From Dehalococcoidia bacterium (lineage in GTDB: Bacteria; Chloroflexota; Dehalococcoidia; Lucifugimonadales; HRBIN23), in assembly GCA_046294495.1 (NCBI GenBank), contig JBKBKV010000004.1, positions 12,498 to 60,917 of the forward strand: a DNA stretch of 48,420 bases. The letters are read 5' to 3'. The position numbers and the translations under genes are program-made. Positions 37,980 to 46,763 of the stretch are shown piece after piece. The notes beneath the pieces are model-generated. The model was not told the origin of the DNA. It saw only the letters and a program-made list of their open reading frames with translations, and ran no database searches. Within the stretch, counting starts at the first letter, position 1, and each line of letters starts with the position of its first letter.

Positions 37980-38972
37980 CTACAGCGGGGGGCCTTTGGC
38001 CAGCAGGGCACAGATGGCTGCACTATGGACAATATCTTCTGCCTTGCACCCTCGGGAGAGGTCGTTCATAGGCTTGTTGAGGCCCAGCAAGATGGGGCCG
38101 ATGGCCTCGGCGCCAGCGAGGCGCTCGGTGGCCTTGTAGCAGATGTTCCCCGCGTCAAGGTTGGGGAAGACCATCACATTGGCACGTCCAGCCACGGGTG
38201 AGCCTGGCGCCTTGCGTTGGGCCACATGTTCCACGAAGGCAGCGTCAAACTGCAACTCTCCATCGGCCTCCAGGTCTGGGGCCAGAACACGAAGGATTTC
38301 TACTGCACGGCGCACCTTGCGCACCGACTCGTGCTCGGCGCTACCCTTGGTGCTGAAAGAGAGGAAGGCGATGCGGGGCTCCTCCCCCGTAAAGCCACGG
38401 TGGAAGCGGGCGGCGGTCAAGGCTATTTGCGCCAGTTGATGGGAGTTGGGGTCTGGGATAACGCCACAATCGGCATAGGTAAGGGGGCGTCCGTTGGGTA
38501 GCACCATAAGGAAAGCCCCTACAACGATACGCGCCTGCCGGGACACCCCCAGGACACGCAAAGCCGCCCGGATCACTTTGGGGCTTTCCAGCGTGGCCCC
38601 AGCCACACACCCATCAGCCTCTCCCAGGCGCACCATCAGCGCACCCAGCCACAAAGGGTCTGTAGCCAGGTTAGCGGCCTCTCCAGAGGAGAGGCCCCAT
38701 ACCTTCCCTACCTCCCCAAGGACATCCCCATACGCCCCTGGGGGGTTATGAGGCTGGAGCACTTGCACTGCGGGGGGAAGTGGGATGCCCTCCCTACGGG
38801 CCGTCTCTTCTATCTGCTCCCGACGACCTAACAGGATGGGGCGTGCGATGCCTTCCTTGGCTAGGCGGGCGGCCGCCTGGATGGTGCGGATGTCCCCTCC
38901 TTCGGGGAAAACAATGGTGGCCTGGACTGCTTTGGCCTGTGCCCGCAAGCGTTGCAGGATAGGGGCGTCCAT
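37980..38972 (-). CDS. pta: Phosphate acetyltransferase (short form)
   Basis: IVFPEG.D.R, ADCGVIPDP, FLSFSTKGSA, DGELQFDAA, VFPNLDAGNICYK, NDLSRGC. Confidence 0.92.
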   Translation of the reverse strand: MDAPILQRLRAQAKAVQATIVFPEGGDIRTIQAAARLAKEGIARPILLGRREQIEETARREGIPLPPAVQVLQPHNPPGAYGDVLGEVGKVWGLSSGEAANLATDPLWLGALMVRLGEADGCVAGATLESPKVIRAALRVLGVSRQARIVVGAFLMVLPNGRPLTYADCGVIPDPNSHQLAQIALTAARFHRGFTGEEPRIAFLSFSTKGSAEHESVRKVRRAVEILRVLAPDLEADGELQFDAAFVEHVAQRKAPGSPVAGRANVMVFPNLDAGNICYKATERLAGAEAIGPILLGLNKPMNDLSRGCKAEDIVHSAAICALLAKGPPL

Positions 38973-38994
38973 CCTTCTCGGACTCCCAACAAGG

Positions 38995-39792
38995 CTACTG
39001 GGAGTATGTGCGGGCCGGTTGGTGGGTAGCAGGAGGCGGCGCCTCCTGGCGGCTCCATGCCAGGCCCGTAATGACGATGAAGGTGCGGGTGGATTCCACC
39101 CCCGGTATGCTGTGGATCTGCTCCATCACCAGGGTGTCTAGTTCCTGCTGGTTGGCCACACGCGCCTTGGCGATGATATCTTGTTCACCGTAGACGGTGC
39201 TGGCTTCCACGATACCAGGGAACTCTTTTAGACGCTCTAGCACCCGCTCCACATCCTTGCCCGGCACACGCATCAGGATATACGCCTGCATGTCTCCCCC
39301 CCTTGGTTGTGGGCTTTGCCAACAGGACAGTATGCGCCACACTGTGGGCGCTCCACTGATGCCAGCCCTGGTGAGGAGGGGGCCTACGGTATAGTGGATA
39401 TCCCCCTCCTCGGGAGTGTCGGTCTTCACGATAAAGTCCAGGGTGCTGGCGTAGACGGCCGCCGCCTCCTGAACCTCCGGGCATGTCTTGAGCAGGTTCA
39501 GGGTATCCCGCCACCGAGGTGGAGGCACCTGAAAGGTCAGATAGGCCAGCGTCCTGGGGCGTCGGGCCACGATGTCGTAGGCCGCCTGCACAGTGTAGCC
39601 CCGCTGGTAGTAGCGCCACACCTCCCTAATGACCCGCAGGTCGCCGGGGCTATAGTCCCTACGGGAGATGCGGTGTTTGCGCACTTTGGCAGGATGGATA
39701 TAACCCTGGGATTCCAGGTAGTAGACGAAGCGTTTCTGCAAACCGGGGACCTGTGCTATGACCTCTTTCAGTTCCACAGCGTTATCCAGCAC
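38995..39792 (-). CDS. Regulator with a MerR-like HTH fused to two Lrp/AsnC ligand-binding domains
   Basis: N-terminal RFVYYLES.GYI.P....RRDYS..DL; two ferredoxin-like RAM domains (EAAAVY..DFIVK; EASTVYGEQDIIAK...IPGVESTRTFIV). Confidence 0.75.
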   Translation of the reverse strand: MLDNAVELKEVIAQVPGLQKRFVYYLESQGYIHPAKVRKHRISRRDYSPGDLRVIREVWRYYQRGYTVQAAYDIVARRPRTLAYLTFQVPPPRWRDTLNLLKTCPEVQEAAAVYASTLDFIVKTDTPEEGDIHYTVGPLLTRAGISGAPTVWRILSCWQSPQPRGGDMQAYILMRVPGKDVERVLERLKEFPGIVEASTVYGEQDIIAKARVANQQELDTLVMEQIHSIPGVESTRTFIVITGLAWSRQEAPPPATHQPARTYSQ

Positions 39793-39914
39793 TCCGAGCC
39801 TGGACCTTCAGGGCTAGGGTATCGGCCAGGTCCCTTCGCTGTCAAGTTAGTGGGGTTGGCGTCGGGGTAGGCCTCGCGATTGCACTCCACCTGCCAAGGC
39901 CTCTAAAAGAAAGA

Positions 39915-39991
39915 TGGTCGGGGCGAGTGGATTTGAACCACCGACCCCCAGCACCCCATGCTGGTGCCCTACCGGGCTGGGCTACGCCCCG
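39915..39991 (-). tRNA. tRNA-Pro(GGG)
   Basis: Acceptor CGGGGCG/CGCCCCG, anticodon arm CCAGC-ATGGGGT-GCTGG, GGTTCAAATCC, CCA. Confidence 0.97.
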
Positions 39992-40002
39992 ACTGCTCCT
40001 TT

Positions 40003-40031
40003 ACTATACCAAACGCCTGGCCCTTCTGCAA
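40003..40031 (-). promoter_or_regulatory. sigma70 promoter of tRNA-Pro
   Basis: Minus strand TTGCAG-17 bp-TATAGT with extended -10 TG. Confidence 0.6.
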
Positions 40032-40032
40032 G

Positions 40033-41226
40033 TCAACGGCCTCTCAGGGCCTTATCTGCGTGGGGCCCCCCAGAGTTACGACCCTTGCCCAACCCCTTTC
40101 CCACCTGGAGGAGGCGCGCTGCTCGCTCTGCCGCATCGGCCAGAAGTTCCTCGCCCCGGCGCATCGCCTCCTCCAAGGCCATTGGGCCTGGCACGATAGG
40201 GACAAGGGCGTCAACTCCTACTTCATAGGCCTCCTGGTAGCCCCGGCCCAGCCCGCCGACGAAGGCGATAACAGGGATACCATGTGCTTTTGCCCGCTGG
40301 GCAACGGCGGCGGGCGCTTTATGGAAGGCAATTTGGAAGTCCATCTGCCCCTCCCCTACCAGCACCAGGTCTGCACCCTCCAGGTGCTCTTCCAGATGCA
40401 CCGCCTCCAGGACGATATCTGCTCCCCACGCCAGGCGTGCGTCCAGGAACGCTACTAACCCCGCCCCCATACCTCCGGCGGCGCCGGCGCCGGGGAGGTG
40501 CTCCACCTCTTTGCCGAGGTCACGACGCACCACCTGGGCTAGGCGCGCCAGAGCGCCGTCCAAGAGGGCAACCATCTTGGGGGTGGCCCCCTTCTGGGGC
40601 CCATACACGGCGGCAGCACCCTGCGGCCCACACAGTGGATTAGTAACATCCACCGCCACTGTGATGAGGCTCTGGGCAACGCCCGGGTGGCGCCCGGAGG
40701 TGTCAATGCGCTCCAGGCGCAGGAGAGCCTCCCCACCCCAGGGCAAGTTACGCCCCTCCTGGTCCAGCAGGCGAATGCCCAGGGCCTGGGCCATCCCGGC
40801 GCCCCCGTCGTTGGTGGCGCTTCCGCCGATGCCTACGATAAAGCGCCTGTAACCTTTGTCCAGGGCGATGCGGAAGAGTTCTCCCACGCCGTAGGTGGTG
40901 GTCCTACTGGGGTCGCGCCTCTCTGGAGGCACCAGAGCCAGGCCGCACGCCTGGGCACCCTCAATTACCGCCGTCTCCCCGTCCCCCAGCACACCCCAGC
41001 GTGCTTCCACCTGCTCCCCCAGGGGGCCAGTTACCTTTGCCACTTCGTAGTGTCCACTGGTGGCCTCTACCAGAGCCTCCAGGGTCCCATCACCCCCGTC
41101 GGCCACGGGCAGCAGGAAGCACTGGTCCTGGGGGAATATACGCCGCCACCCCCGTTCCAATGCGGCCGCCGCCGCTGGGGCACGAACGCTCCCCTTGAAA
41201 GCCTGTGGAGCAATAACGATGCGCAT
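40033..41226 (-). CDS. glxK: Glycerate kinase (GlxK/GarK family)
   Basis: MRIVIAPQAFKGS, PVADGGDGT, GIGGSATNDGGAG, YGPQKGA, GAAGGMG; ATG 41226. Confidence 0.93.
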   Translation of the reverse strand: MRIVIAPQAFKGSVRAPAAAAALERGWRRIFPQDQCFLLPVADGGDGTLEALVEATSGHYEVAKVTGPLGEQVEARWGVLGDGETAVIEGAQACGLALVPPERRDPSRTTTYGVGELFRIALDKGYRRFIVGIGGSATNDGGAGMAQALGIRLLDQEGRNLPWGGEALLRLERIDTSGRHPGVAQSLITVAVDVTNPLCGPQGAAAVYGPQKGATPKMVALLDGALARLAQVVRRDLGKEVEHLPGAGAAGGMGAGLVAFLDARLAWGADIVLEAVHLEEHLEGADLVLVGEGQMDFQIAFHKAPAAVAQRAKAHGIPVIAFVGGLGRGYQEAYEVGVDALVPIVPGPMALEEAMRRGEELLADAAERAARLLQVGKGLGKGRNSGGPHADKALRGR

Positions 41227-41282
41227 AGCCTGGTCCTTATGGTAGCATCCACTCTTGCTCACCCGACCTAACGGATAGGGGG

Positions 41283-41312
41283 TTGCGCCGCCAGCATCCT
41301 CACGGTTACACT
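41283..41312 (+). promoter_or_regulatory. sigma70 promoter of the crotonase-UROD-like-crotonase-LLM operon
   Basis: TTGCGC-18 bp-TACACT followed by SD GAGGAGG. Confidence 0.45.
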
Positions 41313-41338
41313 GGGGTCAGCCCCTAGAGGAGGATAGC

Positions 41339-42112
41339 ATGGCAACAGGCAGTGTGGTGCGTTACGAGGTGCGTGGGCCGGGGGCTTGGGTTATCTGGAA
41401 CCGTCCCGACAAGCGCAACGCCTTCAATCTGGAACTGGTGCAGGAGGGCGCTGCCGCCCTGCGCCGCGCTGAGGAGGAGCCGGGGATAAGTGCCATTGTC
41501 CTGGCCGGGGAGGGGCCTGTCTTCTCAGCAGGGCTGGACTTCCGCATGGCTTTGGAGATTGACGCCACAGGCTACCGCCGCTACCGGGACGCTCTGGCCA
41601 CCTTCCAAGAGGCGATACGATGGAACTCCAAGCCCGTTATCGCCCGTGTGCACGGGGATGCCTACGGCGCGGGGGTTATGACCCTGGCCGTGTGCGATGT
41701 TGTCATCGCCGTGCGCACGGCACGCTTTGGCATCCGGGAGGTGCGTGCCGGGCTGCAGGCCGGAGGCGCCTTCTTCTTTGACATAGGGCGACTGCGCAGT
41801 CTAGACCTGGCCCTAACAGGGCGCGTCTTCACCGCCGAGGAGGGTGAGCGTTGGGGAATGGTTACCCGCGCTGTAGACCCGGAAGAGTTGGACATTGTAG
41901 TCCAGGAGTATGTGGACACCTTCGCTGCCCTGCCACCCCTATCTTTGGCTTACACCAAGCGCTCTCTGAACACCCTGCTGGACATGGCGGGCTACGGTGC
42001 TCACCGCCGCCTCACGGGGGAGTTTAGCGCCATCCTGCACTCAACAGAGGATCGCCGGGAGGCCCAGCGGGCCTTCCTGGAGAAACGCAAACCGCTCTTC
42101 AAAGGGAGGTAA
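41339..42112 (+). CDS. Enoyl-CoA hydratase/isomerase (crotonase) family protein
   Basis: NRPDKRNA, FSAGLD, KPVIARVHG.AYGAG, FGIREV, AFLEKRKPLFKGR. Confidence 0.92.
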   Translation: MATGSVVRYEVRGPGAWVIWNRPDKRNAFNLELVQEGAAALRRAEEEPGISAIVLAGEGPVFSAGLDFRMALEIDATGYRRYRDALATFQEAIRWNSKPVIARVHGDAYGAGVMTLAVCDVVIAVRTARFGIREVRAGLQAGGAFFFDIGRLRSLDLALTGRVFTAEEGERWGMVTRAVDPEELDIVVQEYVDTFAALPPLSLAYTKRSLNTLLDMAGYGAHRRLTGEFSAILHSTEDRREAQRAFLEKRKPLFKGR

Positions 42113-42114
42113 AA

Positions 42115-43110
42115 GTGCATGCCCCGATGTCTCCAAGGGAGCGTGTCCTGGCGGCCCTGGCCGGCCAGCCTGTTGACCGTCCGCCCATCAGCATGTGGCG
42201 CCACTTCTTCCTGGAGGAGGAAGACCCCTCCCGCATGGCCCAGGCTATGCTGGCCTTCCAGAAAGCCTACCACTGGGACTTTGTGAAGGTGAATCCCCGC
42301 GCCAACTACCATGTGGAGGATTGGGGAGTGCGCCTGCGTTACAAGGGCGACCCCTACAGCCAACCCGAGGTGGTGGAGTGGCCCATCAAGCGCCCACAGG
42401 ACTGGCTTACTCTGAAGCCACTGGATGTCCAGAAAGGGGTGCTTGGCCAGCACCTGGAGGCACTGCGAGCGGTAGTCAATGGAGTGGGCAACCAGGTGCC
42501 CGTGCTGATGACCGTTTTTACACCCCTATCCATTGCAGGGCGCCTGGCCAACAGCGACGATGTGACGGCCGCCCACCTGCGCCTGCACCCCGAGCAAGTG
42601 GCCTACGCCCTGGAAGTCATCACCGACACATTCATACGCTTCGCCACGGCGTGCCTGGAGGCCGGGGCCAGTGGCCTCTTCTTAGCAACAACTGGGTGGG
42701 CTACAGCCCTGCGCCTGTCACGCGACGAATATGCGCGCTGGGGGCGTCCCTACGACCTGAAACTCCTGCGTGCCCTTCCCCCTGCTCCTTTCCACCTACT
42801 ACATGTTTGCCGGGACTATAACTACCTGGCCGATTTCCGGGACTACCCTGTGCACGCTGTGAACTGGGATGCCCACGGAGCAGGGAACCTTACCCTTGCC
42901 CAAGGGAAAGCCCTGCTGGGTAAGTGTGTAGTGGGTGGTGTGGCTCACCGTGGGCTTCTGGTCAACGGCACCCCCCAGCAGTTAGCACAGGCCTTCCACG
43001 CCCTCCGCCAGGAGATGGGAGCAACCGGCTGGATGCTGGGCCCGGGGTGCACCTTCCCTCCCCACACCCCCGAGGCCAACCTCCGCGCCTTGCGTGAGGC
43101 AATGGGGTAA
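42115..43110 (+). CDS. Uroporphyrinogen decarboxylase/MtaA-like TIM-barrel protein
   Basis: MSPRERVLAAL.G.PVDRPP, TVFTPLS, LLHVC, GPGCT; lacks the HemE WxMRQAGR motif. Confidence 0.8.
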   Translation: MHAPMSPRERVLAALAGQPVDRPPISMWRHFFLEEEDPSRMAQAMLAFQKAYHWDFVKVNPRANYHVEDWGVRLRYKGDPYSQPEVVEWPIKRPQDWLTLKPLDVQKGVLGQHLEALRAVVNGVGNQVPVLMTVFTPLSIAGRLANSDDVTAAHLRLHPEQVAYALEVITDTFIRFATACLEAGASGLFLATTGWATALRLSRDEYARWGRPYDLKLLRALPPAPFHLLHVCRDYNYLADFRDYPVHAVNWDAHGAGNLTLAQGKALLGKCVVGGVAHRGLLVNGTPQQLAQAFHALRQEMGATGWMLGPGCTFPPHTPEANLRALREAMG

Positions 43111-43122
43111 AAAGGAGGTATT

Positions 43123-43896
43123 ATGCCCTTTGTGCGCTACGAGGAGTATGGAGAACACATCCGCATTATCACCCTGAACCGCCCTGAGCGCTTGAACGCC
43201 TGGGGTAGCGAGTTGGCCCAGGAGACCGAAGAGGCCTTTTGGCGCTTTGCCAATGACCCCAAAGCCCGGGTGGCCATTCTGCGAGGGGAGGGGAAGGCCT
43301 TCTGCGCCGGGGCGGATGTGAAGGAGTGGGCAGAGCGAGGGGAGGCCCCGGGCTTCAGGGGGCGCTACCGCAGGGTCTTCACCAGCGAGTGGGGCACTCC
43401 CCCCTTATATAAGCCTGTGATAGGGGCCGTGCACGGCTACTGCCTGGGGGCGGGCCTGAACCTGGTGCTTATGCGGTGCGACATCCGCATCGCCGCCGAG
43501 GGGACGAAGTTCGGCCTGCCGGAGGTGGCACGAGGGGTAATGGACCTCATCACCCCTTTCGGCTACCAGAATATCCCCACCTGCTTTCTGGCGGAGATGT
43601 GCTACACCGCTGACCTTGTGGATGCCCAGCGCGCTCTTCAGTTTGGTATGCTCAACATAGTTGTTCCTTCGGAACGCCTTATGCCCACTGCTCTGGAGAT
43701 AGCTCAGCGCATCGCCCAGCACTCTCCCAGGGCTGTCCAGATGACTAAGGAGAATCTGCTCCAGGTAATGGCCCCGCCCGACCGTGCCTTTATACGCGAA
43801 CACCTGCTGCGGGAGCAGTCTTTCAGCGCCCCCGACGCCCAGGAGGGGATGCGCGCCTGGGTAGAGAAGCGTCCACCCCGCTGGCAGTCTACATAG
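43123..43896 (+). CDS. Enoyl-CoA hydratase/isomerase (crotonase) family protein
   Basis: ITLNRPERLNA, FCAGAD, KPVIGAVHGYCLGAG, FGLPEV, DAQEG..AWVEKR.P.W. Confidence 0.92.
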   Translation: MPFVRYEEYGEHIRIITLNRPERLNAWGSELAQETEEAFWRFANDPKARVAILRGEGKAFCAGADVKEWAERGEAPGFRGRYRRVFTSEWGTPPLYKPVIGAVHGYCLGAGLNLVLMRCDIRIAAEGTKFGLPEVARGVMDLITPFGYQNIPTCFLAEMCYTADLVDAQRALQFGMLNIVVPSERLMPTALEIAQRIAQHSPRAVQMTKENLLQVMAPPDRAFIREHLLREQSFSAPDAQEGMRAWVEKRPPRWQST

Positions 43897-43906
43897 GAGG
43901 TAACCA

Positions 43907-44887
43907 ATGCCCCCCCTTGGCCTCGCCATTGGGACAACCTACCCCCTTAAGGATGCCCTCGCCTTCGCCGAAGAGGCGGACCGGCTAGGGTATCACTCCC
44001 TTTGGAGCACCGAAGGGGCGGGGAAAGACGCCGTTACGCAACTTATGGCTTACGCTCTGCACACCCAGCACCTGCTGCTGGGCACGGGCATCGTGAACAT
44101 CTACAGTCGCACGCCCCTGCTTCTGGCTATGACTGCCTGCGCCCTCCAAGAGGCGTCAGGGGGGCGTTTCCTGCTTGGGCTGGGTAGCGGCCACCAGGAG
44201 CCTATTAGCCAGGGGCACGGCGTCCCTTTTGGAAAACCTTTGGCCCGCATGGCTGACTACCTGGTCATCTTGAGGGGCCTGCTGAAGGGGGAGGTTGTCA
44301 CCCACCAAGGGGAGGTGGTGGCGGTGCGGGGTGCCCGCCTTCCGGTGCCTCCACCCACTCCACCCCGCATTTTTGTGGCTGCCCTAAGCGCCGGTATGTC
44401 CAACCTGGCCGGCCGCCTGGCAGATGGGGCTCTTTTCTACCTGATGCCCCCCGACTATGTTCGGGAGATGGTGGACACCATGCGCCTGGCCGCCCGTGAG
44501 AGTGGACGCCTGGAGGGGGAGGTCATTGCGGCGTGTTATCTGATGGCTGGGGAAGGTGACAGGGCCGGGGAGGAGGTGCTCCGCCGTTCAGTGGCGCGCT
44601 ACGCCACCCTCCCCTTCTACGCCCGCATGCTTCGGGAGTGTGGATTCGCCCCCGAGGTGGAGGCGGTTCAGAGGGAACAGGGAGACCCGCTTCGCATGGC
44701 CCAGGCCGTCAGCGACCCCATGCTGGAGGCTTTGACCATAACCACCACGCCCGGCTGGATACGGCGGGTTACCGCCTATCGCCAGGCAGGTGTAGACTGG
44801 CCCATCCTCTTTCTGATGCCCTCCGGGCCTGACCTTGGGGATTCTCTTCTGAACATGGTGAAGCGCTTCGCCGTGGACCTAAACTAG
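43907..44887 (+). CDS. Luciferase-like (LLM) flavin/F420-dependent oxidoreductase
   Basis: A..LGY.SLW..E, LGTGIVNIYSRTP, SGGRFLLGLGSG, AGRLADG. Confidence 0.9.
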   Translation: MPPLGLAIGTTYPLKDALAFAEEADRLGYHSLWSTEGAGKDAVTQLMAYALHTQHLLLGTGIVNIYSRTPLLLAMTACALQEASGGRFLLGLGSGHQEPISQGHGVPFGKPLARMADYLVILRGLLKGEVVTHQGEVVAVRGARLPVPPPTPPRIFVAALSAGMSNLAGRLADGALFYLMPPDYVREMVDTMRLAARESGRLEGEVIAACYLMAGEGDRAGEEVLRRSVARYATLPFYARMLRECGFAPEVEAVQREQGDPLRMAQAVSDPMLEALTITTTPGWIRRVTAYRQAGVDWPILFLMPSGPDLGDSLLNMVKRFAVDLN

Positions 44888-44889
44888 GG

Positions 44890-46233
44890 CTACTCCCCCT
44901 TATACACCACTTCCCCCATGCGGGACTCCTGGATGCGCAAATATTCTGCCTTGCTCAGAGCCGGGCGGAACCTGGCCTTTACCTCTTTGGCCCTGCTGGC
45001 CCCGTTGGATAGCAGGTCTATCACCGTCATAGCCATAGCCTTTGCGGGGTTGAGCACCGCCAAGTTGTAGTCGTAGATCAGGTAGTCGTTGCCGTGCCCT
45101 GTGCCCCGGGCGCCCCCGGCATAGGGGTGAAGAACGGGGAGGATGTGGCTCACATCCCCCATGTCCGTGGAGCCGCCCCGGTTGCGGTCGGGCGGGTGGA
45201 CGGCCACCCCCTCTTTACCCACGAGGCGTTGAGCGTTGGACAGGAAGACCTCCTGCATAACAGGGTCGTTGAGAAGGGGCAGATAACCGGCGATGCTGGT
45301 GATGCGCACAGTCGCCCCCACGGCCAAGGCCCCGGCCTGGAAACAGCGCTGGGCCTTGCCGTTGGCGTCCTCCAGGGCTTGGTGGGTGCCGCCTCGCACC
45401 CGCCACTCCAGGCGCACCTCGGCGGGGACGGAACTCACTGCCACGCCCCCGGCCGTAACGATGCCATGGAAACGCACATGGTCTTCGTCCCGTAAGGTCT
45501 CCCGCTGGGTGTGTAAAGCCATCAGGGCGATGTTGGCGGCGTTGAGGGCGTTGACGCCTTTCCAGGGCGAGGAGCCGGCGTGTGCCGCCCTGCCCAGGAA
45601 GGTTACCAACTTGACAATATGCCCGTTGCTGGTGCCCCCTACGGCCAGTTTGGCATCCTCAGGGGCCGAGGTGGTGTGGCACATAAGCGCCATATCCACA
45701 TCGTCAAACTCCCCCAGACGGATAAACTCCTGCTTGCCTCCTAGGAAGCCGATTTTCCTCTCCTGGCGCAGGCGATAGCGGAACTCGGCATCTATGAACT
45801 CCTCGGCCGGCACGGCGATAACGGCGATACGCCCGGAGAGGGCCTTCTGCACCTCGGGGTCGGTGAGGCCGATAACGGCCCCCAGGAGCATCCCCAGTTG
45901 GGCGTGGTGCCCGCAGGCGTGGGCAGCACCGGTGGCCTTGTCAGCGTGGGGATGGTCGGGGACGCGCAGGGAATCCAGTTCTCCTAGCACTGCTACGGTG
46001 GGGCCTGGCCCGGCTCCGCCCTGGATGTAGCCCTTGATACCTGTTAGGGCGATGCCTGTGCGGTGAGGGATGCCCAGGCGAGTAAGGGCCTCGGACACTT
46101 TGCGGGCTGTCTTCACCTCGGTATAGCCCGGCTCCGGCTCCTGGAGCACCCGGCGCGCCAGGTCGATGATCTCGTCCTGGTGCTGGTCAATGCGTCGCAG
46201 GGCGCGAGCCTTCAGGTCGTCCACACCCGCCAT
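44890..46233 (-). CDS. M20 family amidohydrolase (paralogue 2)
   Basis: GELDSL, HACGHHAQ, PAEE, MCH, GRAAHAG, GSTDMGDVS, GHG. Confidence 0.92.
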   Translation of the reverse strand: MAGVDDLKARALRRIDQHQDEIIDLARRVLQEPEPGYTEVKTARKVSEALTRLGIPHRTGIALTGIKGYIQGGAGPGPTVAVLGELDSLRVPDHPHADKATGAAHACGHHAQLGMLLGAVIGLTDPEVQKALSGRIAVIAVPAEEFIDAEFRYRLRQERKIGFLGGKQEFIRLGEFDDVDMALMCHTTSAPEDAKLAVGGTSNGHIVKLVTFLGRAAHAGSSPWKGVNALNAANIALMALHTQRETLRDEDHVRFHGIVTAGGVAVSSVPAEVRLEWRVRGGTHQALEDANGKAQRCFQAGALAVGATVRITSIAGYLPLLNDPVMQEVFLSNAQRLVGKEGVAVHPPDRNRGGSTDMGDVSHILPVLHPYAGGARGTGHGNDYLIYDYNLAVLNPAKAMAMTVIDLLSNGASRAKEVKARFRPALSKAEYLRIQESRMGEVVYKGE

Positions 46234-46763
46234 AGCCTTCCTCCTCGGTCAATAGGCTACCCGCTTCTGCCGGTTCCCACTGGGTCGACAATCTGCCCAG
46301 CCTTCCTATACAAGAGTGAGCACAAGGTAGTGACATCTTACCACGATGATGATGTCCTTCGCAATGTAACGCGGGGACCCCCCAACTTGGAGGTAGCCTT
46401 CGCCAGCCAGGCCTTATAGCCCTTGACATTGCAACATTACAGTCTTTTTGGACCCACCTTACTTCCTTCAGTTGCCCCCCAAACGCTTGCTCAGCTGAGC
46501 AGTGAAGGTGGGGGTTACGGGGGTCAGCGAGGCGTGGGACAGGTTTTCCAGTTTTGAAGGCTACGACGGGTTCCTCACTGCGATTCTCAAAGATGCAATT
46601 AGTCCCCCTTTGCCAAACAGGAGGCCCTCTGGCAAGAAGGCATTGTGAGGGCTTTTTCCCCAAGTGGAAAGGGCCTTTTGTCTATAGTTGACCACCTTCA
46701 AGCCTCGGGAACCACCCAAGCCGAGCGCGCCGCTGAAGCGCTTTTTGCACAGGTGAAACGCTA

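Noticed and set aside
42115-43110. Calling the UROD-like gene hemE
   Set aside because: Lacks the WxMRQAGR motif and has no tetrapyrrole gene context
46187-46663. 158-aa minus-strand ORF between the amidohydrolases
   Set aside because: No RBS or motif, and it runs into the downstream gene out of frame
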